The notes beneath the pieces are model-generated. The model had not been told where the DNA came from, made no database searches, and worked only from the letters and a program-made list of their open reading frames with translations. From an uncultured Gammaproteobacteria bacterium (GTDB taxonomy: Bacteria > Patescibacteriota > Patescibacteriia > Veblenbacterales > UBA10138): a stretch of 64,000 nucleotides of DNA. The stretch covers positions 239,463 through 303,462 of the forward strand of contig CAYGDX010000001.1 in NCBI GenBank assembly GCA_964348825.1, given 5' to 3'. A program made the position numbers and the translations under genes. This document shows positions 38,137 through 47,324 of the stretch, piece after piece (positions within the stretch are counted from its first letter, which is position 1; every line of letters starts with the position of its first letter).

Positions 38137-38574
38137 GTGCCTATGTTCATTGGTGAATATCATCATGCTTTAGATGACAAGGGGCGATTAGCTTTTCCCG
38201 CTCGTTTTCGGGCTGATTTTAAAGGTGGGGCAGTGGTTACCCGTGGGCTTGATAATTGTTTATTTGTTTATACGAAAAAAGCTTGGGAAGAACTGGCGAC
38301 CAAATTATCCAAATTACCACTCGCTCGCGCCAATACTCGCGCCTTTGCTCGTTTGATGCTGGCAGGTGCAATGGAAATTGAAATAGATAATCAAGGTCGG
38401 GTACTGGTACCAGATTATTTACGAGAGTTTGCTAAAATTAAACGTCAAGTAGTAGTGGCGGGCGTGTATGACCGTTTAGAAATTTGGGATGAAAAGGCCT
38501 GGGATGGTTATCGCAAAAATTCTGAAAAATCAAGCACTGATATTGCGGAGGCATTAGGAGAGCTGGGAGTTTAG
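38137..38574 (+). CDS. mraZ: Transcriptional regulator MraZ
   Basis: MFIGEYHHALDDKGRLAFPARFR, with a second DxxxR-type repeat. Length 145 aa. The start may be the second Met. Confidence 0.9.
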   Translation: MPMFIGEYHHALDDKGRLAFPARFRADFKGGAVVTRGLDNCLFVYTKKAWEELATKLSKLPLARANTRAFARLMLAGAMEIEIDNQGRVLVPDYLREFAKIKRQVVVAGVYDRLEIWDEKAWDGYRKNSEKSSTDIAEALGELGV

Positions 38575-38600
38575 TTTTTAGTTCTTTTCCAAATAGGTTT

Positions 38601-39518
38601 ATGGAACATATTTCAGTATTACTCGCTGAAGCAATAAATTTTTTATCGCCCCGCGCTAATCAGAATTTTATAGATGCCACTTTAGGAGGTGGCGGCCACG
38701 CTTACGAAATATTAAAACGTACCGGGCCGCACGGACATTTACTTGGTTTTGATAAAGATGAATCGGCTATATTGCGTGCTAAGGAAAAATTAAAAGAATT
38801 TGGTGCGCGTTTTCAGGTTGTAAATAGTTCATATTCAGAGTTAGCTAAGGTGGCTGATAAAATAAAGCCGGTTGCTGGCATAATTTTTGATTTAGGATTT
38901 AATTCTTGGCAATTGCAAGATGGCGAACGTGGATTTTCTTGGCAGCAACCAGGAGCGCTTGATTTAAGATATGATACAAAAATTGGCCAACCAGCTTATG
39001 AATTGTTAAATACATTGTCGGTTGATGAACTCACTCAAATTTTTAAAGATTATGGTGAAGAGCCACAAGCTAAAAAAATTGCGAAAGCAATTGTGGAGCA
39101 GAGAATTTTACAAAAATTTTACACCACCGCTGATTTATTAACAATTATTAGTCGAGTGAAAAGTAGTGGTAAGCGTTCACTACCACCGGCTACACTGGTT
39201 TGGCAAGCTCTGCGTATAGTAGTGAATCATGAGTTAGAAGAGTTAACAGAAACCTTGCCAAAGGCACTTTCGTTACTTGCGACGGGCGGCCGTATGGTTG
39301 TTATAAGTTTTCATTCGGGTGAAGATAGAATTGTTAAAGATTTTTTTAAAACTGAATCACGTGATTGTTTGTGCCCACCCCAGTTTCCCAAATGTATTTG
39401 TGGGCATAAGGCCAGTTTAAAAATTATTACCCCTAAACCTATTACACCTGAATCAGATGAATTAATAAATAACCCAAGGTCAAGAAGTGCGAAGATGCGT
39501 GTTGCAGAAAAGATATAG
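38601..39518 (+). CDS. rsmH: 16S rRNA (cytosine1402-N4)-methyltransferase RsmH
   Basis: HISVLLAEA...DATLGGGGHA and the C-terminal NPRSRSAKMRVAEK motif. Confidence 0.92.
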   Translation: MEHISVLLAEAINFLSPRANQNFIDATLGGGGHAYEILKRTGPHGHLLGFDKDESAILRAKEKLKEFGARFQVVNSSYSELAKVADKIKPVAGIIFDLGFNSWQLQDGERGFSWQQPGALDLRYDTKIGQPAYELLNTLSVDELTQIFKDYGEEPQAKKIAKAIVEQRILQKFYTTADLLTIISRVKSSGKRSLPPATLVWQALRIVVNHELEELTETLPKALSLLATGGRMVVISFHSGEDRIVKDFFKTESRDCLCPPQFPKCICGHKASLKIITPKPITPESDELINNPRSRSAKMRVAEKI

Positions 39519-39666
39519 TGTGTCTAGAAATTTAATAATTAAAACTAATTTTATTAATTTTAACATTATGTTTCGAATCTAGAATCTCGAATTTAGAATT
39601 TAGATAAGTATAACTAAAATTCTAGATTCTATATTCTAGCTTCTAACTTCTAAAACAAACATACAT

Positions 39667-40005
39667 ATGGTTTTCTCACCTGCCAAATGGGCTGCGCCCA
39701 CTAATAATAATTATTCACCACGTAGTCGCTTTCGTGGCCTGTTAACATTTGGTGCTTTGGGTTTAAGTGTTGTTATATATTTAGTGTTAGTTGGGTCAAT
39801 TAGCACAACTGGTTATGAAATTAGAAGTTTAGAAAAAACAGCGGCGAGTCTCCGTACCGAAGCTGAACGTTTGCAAGTAGAATCAGTAAAATTGCAAGCA
39901 CTTAATCAATATGAAAATAAAGCCCAAGTGGTTGGTTTTGTAGCAGTTGATAAAATTGAATATTTGAGTTCTACCGCCACTGTTTCTGATGTAGCAGTGA
40001 GGTAG
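39667..40005 (+). CDS. ftsL: FtsL-like cell-division protein (small bitopic coiled-coil protein)
   Basis: 112 aa with a single TM helix and a coiled-coil, located between rsmH and ftsI. Confidence 0.6.
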   Translation: MVFSPAKWAAPTNNNYSPRSRFRGLLTFGALGLSVVIYLVLVGSISTTGYEIRSLEKTAASLRTEAERLQVESVKLQALNQYENKAQVVGFVAVDKIEYLSSTATVSDVAVR

Positions 40006-40114
40006 TTTGGCCACTAGTTTTTAGTCAATAGTTCCTAGATTTATCTAGTGGCTAGGAACTAGGAATGAGTGGCTGAAACTTGGTTTTTCATCAATACTTA
40101 ATAAACTGCCAGTT

Positions 40115-41857
40115 ATGCCGCAAATACCAGAGAAAATTTTTCAATCCAGACTAGCTTTAGTGCGTCTGGCTTTTTTTATTGGTTTTGCTGTTATAATTTT
40201 ACGTTTATTTGAAGTGCAGGTGATTGATCAATCACTTTACGCGGCACTTGCTTCTAATCAACACGATATTCTGGCGGAACTTTTTCCGGAGCGGGGTAAT
40301 ATTTTAACTCGTGATACTTTAAGTGATAGTGGTGTTTACCCAGTGGCGGTGAATCGAAAATTATGGCAAGTTTATGCTGTACCACGTGATGTTACTGATG
40401 CTTTGGACGCGGCTACTAAATTATCACCGATTTTGGGATTACCCAGTGAAGAAATTCTAGTTCGTTTAACTTTTGACCCAACTGATCCTTATGAACCGCT
40501 AGCCCGCGAACTAAGTGATGAAGCGGCCGAGCAAATTAAAAATCTAGCTTTGTCTGGTATAAAAACCGCGCCGGAAACTGTGCGGTTTTATCCTGAAGCT
40601 GAACTTTATTCACAAATTTTAGGGTTTATTGGATTTGCCGATGATAAGAAAGTTGGGCGTTATGGTGTAGAACAATATTTAGAAGAAATTTTGGCTGGGG
40701 CGCCTGGCAAATTAATTTCGGAAAAAGATCCGGGTGGACGATTAATTATGTCGGCCTCACGTTCAATTGTGCCAGCTGTTGCGGGGGCTGACGTTGTTTT
40801 AACAATTGATAAAAATATTCAATTTCAAAGTTGCAGGGCGCTAGCTATGGCGGTAAAAAAGCATGAAGCACTTGGCGGCAGTGTGCTAATTATAAATCCC
40901 AAAGATGGCGCCATACTAGCACTTTGCTCAATACCTTCGTTTGATCCCAATAATTATCGGGGGGTTTCAGACATTGGTCGTTTTTTAAATCCGATAAGTT
41001 CAACTGCTTATGAAATTGGTTCGGTATTTAAACCAATTACTATGGCGCTCGCACTTGATGCGAGTAAAGTAACCGCTGACACAATTTATGAAGATACTGG
41101 CAGTGTGGTATTTGGTCCTGATGTTATAAAAAATTCTGATAGCAAGGCAAATGGCACGCAGACAATGACTCAGGTGTTGGAAAAATCACTTAATACTGGC
41201 GCAATTTTTGCAATGAGATCTGTGGGTAAAAAAGTATTTAGCGAGGGCGTAAAAAATTTTGGATTTGGTGATGTTACAGGCATTGAATTACCACACGAAT
41301 CAGCGGGTAATATAAAATCTTTAAATGAAAAGCAAGAAATTTATTTCGCTACTGCTTCATTTGGTCAAGGTATTACTGCTACGCCACTGCAAATGGTACA
41401 GGCCTTTGGCGCGATTGCAAACAAGGGTAAATTAATTCGACCACATTTAATTTCAGAGATTCGTTATGAAGGTGGTAAGACGGTTATAACAGAACCAACT
41501 TTGGTACGCCAAGTTATTAAACCAGAAACAGCTACTACGCTAGGCGCCATGCTAGTTTCAGTGGTCGAAAATGGTCATGGTAAACGTGCGGGTGTGCCGG
41601 GGTATTATGTAGCTGGCAAAACTGGTACGGCTGAAATTTCTTTATCTGGTGGTGGTGGTTATGAAAAGCATAAAAATATTGGCACTTTTATTGGTTTTGC
41701 GCCTTTAAATGATCCTAAATTTGTGATGATTACAAAAATTGTTGAACCACAGGGGTTAGTTTTCGCCGAAAGTTCAGCCGCACCGCTATTTGGCGAATTA
41801 GCGAAATATCTGCTACAGTATTACCAAGTTCCGCCAGAACGGAAAGTAGGGAAGTAG
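40115..41857 (+). CDS. ftsI: Class B penicillin-binding protein (FtsI/PBP2-type transpeptidase)
   Basis: Contains an SxxK motif (GSVFKP), SxN (KSLNTG) and KTG (AGKTGTAE). It has an N-terminal TM helix. Confidence 0.88.
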   Translation: MPQIPEKIFQSRLALVRLAFFIGFAVIILRLFEVQVIDQSLYAALASNQHDILAELFPERGNILTRDTLSDSGVYPVAVNRKLWQVYAVPRDVTDALDAATKLSPILGLPSEEILVRLTFDPTDPYEPLARELSDEAAEQIKNLALSGIKTAPETVRFYPEAELYSQILGFIGFADDKKVGRYGVEQYLEEILAGAPGKLISEKDPGGRLIMSASRSIVPAVAGADVVLTIDKNIQFQSCRALAMAVKKHEALGGSVLIINPKDGAILALCSIPSFDPNNYRGVSDIGRFLNPISSTAYEIGSVFKPITMALALDASKVTADTIYEDTGSVVFGPDVIKNSDSKANGTQTMTQVLEKSLNTGAIFAMRSVGKKVFSEGVKNFGFGDVTGIELPHESAGNIKSLNEKQEIYFATASFGQGITATPLQMVQAFGAIANKGKLIRPHLISEIRYEGGKTVITEPTLVRQVIKPETATTLGAMLVSVVENGHGKRAGVPGYYVAGKTGTAEISLSGGGGYEKHKNIGTFIGFAPLNDPKFVMITKIVEPQGLVFAESSAAPLFGELAKYLLQYYQVPPERKVGK

Positions 41858-41886
41858 TAAATAGCAGGAAAGCTTGGTAGCACGTA

Positions 41887-42127
41887 GTCATTGCGAGCGA
41901 AGCCCCAAAAGGCGAAGCGAAGCAATCTCTCAAAAAAAACTAATGACTAATTTCTAATTTCTAAAAAATCCTAAATCCTAATATCTAATTCCCTGCCTAC
42001 CGGTAGGCAGGCCAAATAAATCTTAAAATCCTAATACTTAAAAAATAAACTTTTTTGATTTATGATTTGGGATTTATTTAGGATTTCGGATTTAGAAATT
42101 AGGATTTAAACAAATATTAGATATTTT
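41887..42127. repeat. Composite intergenic repeat, near-duplicate in architecture of 998..1244 (GTCATTGCGAGCGAAGC hairpin, AATGACTAATTTCTAATTTCTAAAAAATCC, CCCTGCCTACCGGTAGGCAGG, GATTTATTTAGGATTTCGGATTTAGAAATTAGGATTTAAACAAAT)
   Basis: Read directly. Ends at the murF start. Confidence 0.75.
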
Positions 42128-43414
42128 ATGCTTCGTTTTATTATCAAACACGTCTTACGTTTACTGGCGCGGTGGACTATAAAAAAGTACCATCCCCGTA
42201 TCGTTGGTATTACTGGTTCAGTGGGAAAAACTGGTACCAAAGAAGCAGTGGCGCAAGTTCTCTCCACCAAATTTAAAGTTGGGCAAACTCCAAAAAATTT
42301 AAATAATGAAATTGGTTTACCGCTTGCAATTTTGCGCGAACACGATTCGGGTTACAGTAATTTATTTTTATGGTTGGGAATTATTAGTCGCGCTATTAAA
42401 AATTTAATTATTACGCGTGAAAGTTTCCCTGAGGTATTGGTGCTCGAATACGGCGTAGATCACAAAGGAGATATTGATTATTTAGTTAAAATAGCGCGGC
42501 CGGAAATTGCGATAGTTACTGCGGTTTCTCCGACTCATTTGGAATTTTTAGGTACAGTGGAAGATGTAGCGCGAGAAAAAGGTAAATTGGTTAAAGCACT
42601 GCCTCCAAGCGGTGTGGCTATTTTATCAGCCGATGACGCGCGGGTTTTAAATATGGAAAATTTAACTCGTGCTCGTGTGATTACTTATGGTTTAAGTGAT
42701 AAGGCAGATATAAATGGTGCAAATATAACTTTAAATTGGGCCAACGATACTTGGCCACGTGGTATTATCTTCAAGCTTAATATTCAAGGCAAAAGTTTGC
42801 CGATTTTTATTCCCAGTGTGGTTGGCAATCCACCAGTGACAGTTACTTTGGCGGCGGTGGCTTGTGCTATCGCTATGGATATTTCAATTTTAAATATTAA
42901 TGATGTATTGCAAAAAATGCCATTACCGCCCGGGCGACTGCGGCTTATTTCCGGCATTAAAAATAGTTTATTGATTGATGATACTTATAATTCATCCCCG
43001 CGCTCCGCTGGCGAAGCGCTCCAAGCTTTATCGTTAATAGAGCCAAAAAATTTTGGTAAGCGTTTTGCGGTTTTAGGTGATATGCTTGAGCTTGGCAAAC
43101 AAAGTGAAAAATTACATCGCGAAATTGGAAGTCAGGTAGCTAATTTGCCAATTGATTATTTGGTAGCGGTGGGTGCTCAGGCGAGGCATTTTATTCACGG
43201 CGCGGTGGAGGGCGGTTTCAGTCAAGACCATACTTTTCATTTTGATAAAAGTGAGCAAGCAGGAAAATTTATACAAGATAAAATGGGGGAGGGTGATGTG
43301 ATTTTAATTAAGGGTTCGCAAGGCGTAAGATGCGAAAAAATTACTAAAGAATTAATGGCCGAGCCAGCACGGGCGAAGGAATTGCTCGTTCGACAATATA
43401 GTCCTTGGATTTAA
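42128..43414 (+). CDS. murF: UDP-N-acetylmuramoyl-tripeptide--D-alanyl-D-alanine ligase (short form)
   Basis: Mur-ligase P-loop GITGSVGKTGTKE and the MurF C-terminal signature IDDTYNSSPRSAGEAL. Confidence 0.8.
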   Translation: MLRFIIKHVLRLLARWTIKKYHPRIVGITGSVGKTGTKEAVAQVLSTKFKVGQTPKNLNNEIGLPLAILREHDSGYSNLFLWLGIISRAIKNLIITRESFPEVLVLEYGVDHKGDIDYLVKIARPEIAIVTAVSPTHLEFLGTVEDVAREKGKLVKALPPSGVAILSADDARVLNMENLTRARVITYGLSDKADINGANITLNWANDTWPRGIIFKLNIQGKSLPIFIPSVVGNPPVTVTLAAVACAIAMDISILNINDVLQKMPLPPGRLRLISGIKNSLLIDDTYNSSPRSAGEALQALSLIEPKNFGKRFAVLGDMLELGKQSEKLHREIGSQVANLPIDYLVAVGAQARHFIHGAVEGGFSQDHTFHFDKSEQAGKFIQDKMGEGDVILIKGSQGVRCEKITKELMAEPARAKELLVRQYSPWI

Positions 43415-43421
43415 CCTTTAT

Positions 43422-43483
43422 TGTCATTCCCGTGGCGTGTCCTGCCGTAGCTTTACGCGAAGGAGGAAGGCGGGAATCCAGAA
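43422..43483. repeat. GTCATTCCCG...CGGGAATCCAGAA hairpin repeat with an expanded loop
   Basis: Family member. See 51968..51997 for the minimal copy. Confidence 0.7.
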
Positions 43484-43504
43484 ATTAAAATTAAGTATTT
43501 TTTA

Positions 43505-43680
43505 TTTTGTTACTTTTTATAAAGTAACACAAAATCGCCGCCTCGGTCTTCGGGTTTGAACAGTGCTCGTCAAACGAGCTAGTTCGGCCTATGCACAGCG
43601 ACCACAACACGGCCTCACCGGACGCTCGTTTGCCTTGCGCTCTGTACAAACCCTACGACAGGGCGGCACAACGCCAAAAT
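43505..43680 (+). ncRNA. Candidate structured ncRNA (GC-rich island in AT-rich DNA), identity unknown, possibly 6S-like. Strand uncertain.
   Basis: About 140 nt at about 60% GC. There is long-range 5'/3' complementarity (GGTTTGAACAG with CTGTACAAACC; CGCCGCC with GGCGGC) and an internal GCTCGTCAAACGAGC hairpin. A perfect GTTACTTTTTATAAAGTAAC hairpin lies at 43505. Confidence 0.35.
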
Positions 43681-43857
43681 TTAATTTATAATTATTTGAA
43701 CTTTATTGGGATTTGGGGCTTGGAACTTGGGGATTTAAAACCCATTGACTTTTATTGATTTTTAACTTATTTTTACAAAGCCATTTGCTAATAGCTATAG
43801 GCTATCTCGTAAAGAGACACGTGGGTCTCCACGAGACCTTTACGGGTTTACCAACAT

Positions 43858-43932
43858 GCCGCCTTCGTCTAGTGGCTAGGACACGTGGTTCTCATCCACG
43901 CAACAGGAGTTCGATTCTCCTAGGCGGTACCA
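43858..43932 (+). tRNA. tRNA-Glu (anticodon CUC) with encoded CCA
   Basis: Manual cloverleaf: acceptor GCCGCCT/AGGCGGT, D stem GTCT/GGAC, anticodon stem CGTGG/CCACG with loop TTCTCAT, T arm AGGAG-TTCGATT-CTCCT, discriminator A, CCA. Confidence 0.8.
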
Positions 43933-43975
43933 CAAATGGGTAATTCAAATGTGGATTGCCCATTTGTGGTATTAT
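43931..43975 (+). terminator. Hairpin (10-bp stem CACAAATGGG/CCCATTTGTG) overlapping the tRNA-Glu 3' end. Either a terminator or an attachment-site-like structure.
   Basis: Read directly. Followed by AT-rich sequence. Confidence 0.4.
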
Positions 43976-44048
43976 AAATAGAGAATCGAAGGGCACAATA
44001 AAAATGTAAACTGCTTTCATTTTTATTAACACCAGTTCGTATTATTAA

Positions 44049-44645
44049 ATGGATTATATGTCTTTGGAGTCAAAAATAAGATTAATTACTAATAGTGACG
44101 ACCATAAATTTTATACCTACTATTTTAAGAATAATAGTGCTAAATGGAACCAATTTTGTGCTGCTTTGGATGTAATAGGAGATTCAGAGCTTGCTATTAA
44201 TGAATTTATTTTAAATGGTACGGGATCTGGAAGACTAGGAAAGAAATATCTTAATTTATACGGAATTTTTCAGGCTACGTATATTCAACAAGATGCTATT
44301 GAGACTTTGTATAAAATAGTGAAGCATTCATTCAAAAATAATAAACTGAAAGTTTTTGAAAAGTATAAAGGAAAAAATTGGGATGAATTAAGGAATTATA
44401 GAAATCTGACCGTGGGACATCCTACAAAATGTGAGACTTTTGAAAAAGGAAAAACAAAAAATACTTTTATTGTTCGATCAACTTTGGGTTCCGGAGGTAG
44501 TTTTCAAATTTTAATTTGCGATGATAAGCAAAAAGTTTTTAAATATGTGGATATAAAAAATTTAATTGCTTGCTATCTTTTGGATGTTGAGTATATTATT
44601 GCTGATATTGAGATATCTCTCAATTTTATCAAAGAAAGTTTATAA
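44049..44645 (+). CDS. Hypothetical HEPN-like protein (candidate MAE_28990-type HEPN nuclease)
   Basis: 198 aa. Carries an Rx4-6H-type motif, ELRNYRNLTVGHP. AT-rich relative to neighbouring genes. Confidence 0.4.
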   Translation: MDYMSLESKIRLITNSDDHKFYTYYFKNNSAKWNQFCAALDVIGDSELAINEFILNGTGSGRLGKKYLNLYGIFQATYIQQDAIETLYKIVKHSFKNNKLKVFEKYKGKNWDELRNYRNLTVGHPTKCETFEKGKTKNTFIVRSTLGSGGSFQILICDDKQKVFKYVDIKNLIACYLLDVEYIIADIEISLNFIKESL

Positions 44646-44650
44646 GTTAT

Positions 44651-46609
44651 ATGAAAAAAATATTTTTAGTTATAATTTTTGGCATTTTAACATTTTCGGG
44701 ATTTATATTTTTACCGAAATTTGTTTATGCTGCAGATTCAACCCCGATCATAAGTTCTATAACACCTGTGACGCTTCATTATTATGATGAGGCAGAAATC
44801 ATAGGAACTGGATTCGGTAATGATAGAACAAGAGGTGGTGTTGATTGGGCGGGTACAGGTGCTGGAAGTTACAGTTTGGCGGTTGACTCATGGACTGACA
44901 CAAAAATTAGTATAAGGATTAATCAGGAATTTCCAGGTAATCCGTATGGATCACATGGCATTATAGTTCGCACAGATAATGCTAATGGTGGGAATAATTA
45001 CAGCAATTCGTTTATCGTTAATGTAGAGAAGTCTTTGTGTGATCCGAAAAACTGGTCTTGTGGCACTTGGAGTGCTTGCACTGCCGCTGGTCAACAAACA
45101 CGCTCCTGTAATAAGGCACTTATTTGTGAAGGATCTATTACATCACCGCTGACGATTCAAAATTGCACCTATACACCACCCGCATGTACTTTTAGTGATT
45201 GGCAATGTGATGCTTGGAATGAGTGTTCTGTTAATGGTTTGCAAACTAGAAAATGTGATTTAAAGTATGGTGATAAAAATTCATCATCACCTGTATGTCA
45301 AGGTGGTGTAGCATCACCACCAACCACTCAATCATGTACATATATTCCCCCTGCTCCAACTTGCAATGCCGATACATGGACTTGTGGTGGTTGGAACGCT
45401 TGTTCGATTTATGGTTTGCAAACTAGAAATTGTAGTAAGGTTTTTGATTGTTCAACAGTTAACACGCAGTCCCCACTAACATCACAAAGTTGTACACCAC
45501 CATCTGTTTATCAACTACCACCACCAAGTTGTAATTCAGATACATGGACTTGTGGCGATTGGAATACTTGCTCACTTTCAGGAATACAAAATAGAAGTTG
45601 TAGAAAAACTTTTGATTGCTCAAGCGTAGAAACAGCGCCACCAACAACTGATCAGTATTGTGAGGTGCCTAATAGACCAACACAACAAGTACCTCAAAAT
45701 AGTGTTGATGAAATTTCAAATCAAGATATAATAATTAAATCTACTGTTAAACTTTTATGTCCTGTTGATACACAAAGAGCTAGCCAAGGATCAGGTACTG
45801 TTATTGATTCTAATGGAACTATTTTGACCAACAAGCATGTTATTGCCGGGACGTTGGGTTGTTTAGTTGGATTTATTAATGACTTTAATGATGAGCCATA
45901 TTTTGGAGAAAGACATATAGCAGATATTGTAAAAATATCGCCTAACCAAGATATCGCTATTTTAAAGATTAGAAATCCCCAAAATCGAAAACTCACTTAT
46001 GTTGATATAAATAGGGGTTATGGAAATTTGCGATTAGGAACCCAAATTATGACTTATGGTTATCCAGCAAGATTTGGTGATAATTTAACCTACACTAGTG
46101 GTGATTTTAGTGGTAAAGAGGGTGTTTATTTAAAAACAACGGCCATACTTGAATATGGAAATTCTGGTGGTGGCGCTTATCTTAAAGATGGAACATATAT
46201 AGGCATACCTTCCGCTGTAAAAGATGGAAAATTAAATTCACTAGGTTTAATACTTTCCTTGAATACAATTAAGGCGTGGATGGGTAATTATAGTGTTGCC
46301 ACCGGACCAACGAATAATAATTATTCAAGGGTTGCTGCTTTGGAAGATATAGATTTAAAAAAGCTTGGCTCATTAAAATTATTTATTCCTAATGCAAACA
46401 CTAAGAGTGTAGTTATTCCGCCTACAACAAATAAAAATACACAAAAAATTAAAGAACAACCAAAAATTAAACCAACGCAAAAAGAATCAACTATTATAGA
46501 ACCTATTAATACAGATCAAAAAATAAATCCCGAACTAAATAATTCAAAACCATTAGAGCCAGTAAAAAAAGTAAAATGGTATAAAAAGGTGTTTAATTGG
46601 TTTAAATAA
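44651..46609 (+). CDS. Secreted multidomain trypsin-like serine protease. It has a signal peptide, an N-terminal beta domain, four or five Cys/Trp-rich TSP1-like repeats, an S1 protease domain and a Lys-rich C-terminal tail.
   Basis: Signal peptide MKKIFLVIIFGILTFSGFIFLPKFVYA. Repeat pattern C..xW.C.xW..C...G.QTR.C. Catalytic triad context: His in TNKHVIAG, Asp in DIAILKI, Ser in GNSGGGAY. Confidence 0.75.
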   Translation: MKKIFLVIIFGILTFSGFIFLPKFVYAADSTPIISSITPVTLHYYDEAEIIGTGFGNDRTRGGVDWAGTGAGSYSLAVDSWTDTKISIRINQEFPGNPYGSHGIIVRTDNANGGNNYSNSFIVNVEKSLCDPKNWSCGTWSACTAAGQQTRSCNKALICEGSITSPLTIQNCTYTPPACTFSDWQCDAWNECSVNGLQTRKCDLKYGDKNSSSPVCQGGVASPPTTQSCTYIPPAPTCNADTWTCGGWNACSIYGLQTRNCSKVFDCSTVNTQSPLTSQSCTPPSVYQLPPPSCNSDTWTCGDWNTCSLSGIQNRSCRKTFDCSSVETAPPTTDQYCEVPNRPTQQVPQNSVDEISNQDIIIKSTVKLLCPVDTQRASQGSGTVIDSNGTILTNKHVIAGTLGCLVGFINDFNDEPYFGERHIADIVKISPNQDIAILKIRNPQNRKLTYVDINRGYGNLRLGTQIMTYGYPARFGDNLTYTSGDFSGKEGVYLKTTAILEYGNSGGGAYLKDGTYIGIPSAVKDGKLNSLGLILSLNTIKAWMGNYSVATGPTNNNYSRVAALEDIDLKKLGSLKLFIPNANTKSVVIPPTTNKNTQKIKEQPKIKPTQKESTIIEPINTDQKINPELNNSKPLEPVKKVKWYKKVFNWFK

Positions 46610-46611
46610 TT

Positions 46612-47229
46612 ATGTCTTCATTTTTAAATAATTTAAATTGGCGGTTTGCGACCAAGAGATTTTTGGCTGATAAAAAAATTAGCCAAGATGGTTTTAATAA
46701 AATTTTAGAAGCGGTTCGTTTGGCGCCGACTTCTTTAGGTTTACAACCATTTCATGTTTTGGTGGTTAATAGCCAAGCGGTTAAGGCCAAATTATATCCA
46801 GTATCAAATGAACAACCACAAGTATTAGAGGCCGAATACTTGTTGGTTTTTTGTGCTCGGCTGGATATACTAGAGCAAATAGAAAAATATGTGGCCGAAG
46901 GTAAGAAAGTAAACCCAGCTGATACGGAACGTTTAGAAAAATTTAAAATTGCACGACAGGAATTTTTTAAAAATAAAACAGTAGATGAAATTTTAAATTG
47001 GAGTGCACGGCAGGCCTATTTAGCGCTCGGGTTTGCCTTGGCGGCTTGTGCGGAGCTTAAAATAGATTCCTGCCCAATGGAAGGATTTGAAAAGGAAAAA
47101 GTAGATGAGGTTTTGGAATTACCATCGTATTTGAAATCGCTGGCATATTTAGCGATTGGTTATCGGGCTGAGGAGCCAGCCCGCGATAAAGTTCGTTTAC
47201 CTGAAAATAATTTATTTACCCAATTATAA
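46612..47229 (+). CDS. Nitroreductase-family protein
   Basis: WRFATKRFL...AVRLAPTSLGLQPFHVLVV nitroreductase N-terminal pattern. Length 205 aa. Confidence 0.7.
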   Translation: MSSFLNNLNWRFATKRFLADKKISQDGFNKILEAVRLAPTSLGLQPFHVLVVNSQAVKAKLYPVSNEQPQVLEAEYLLVFCARLDILEQIEKYVAEGKKVNPADTERLEKFKIARQEFFKNKTVDEILNWSARQAYLALGFALAACAELKIDSCPMEGFEKEKVDEVLELPSYLKSLAYLAIGYRAEEPARDKVRLPENNLFTQL

Positions 47230-47324
47230 CAACATTCTCACATTCTCAAGAATGTTGGAATGTTATCCAAACGGCTAAGAGTGTCGTTTTTTTGTTTTTA
47301 GTTTAATATGATAGAATAAACATT

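Noticed and set aside
43755-43943. ORF 43755..43943 (+), 62 aa
   Set aside because: It overlaps tRNA-Glu and an upstream structured region, so it is not coding.
44566-44787. ORF 44566..44787 (+), 73 aa
   Set aside because: It overlaps the end of the HEPN-like gene and the signal-peptide region of the protease gene in another frame.
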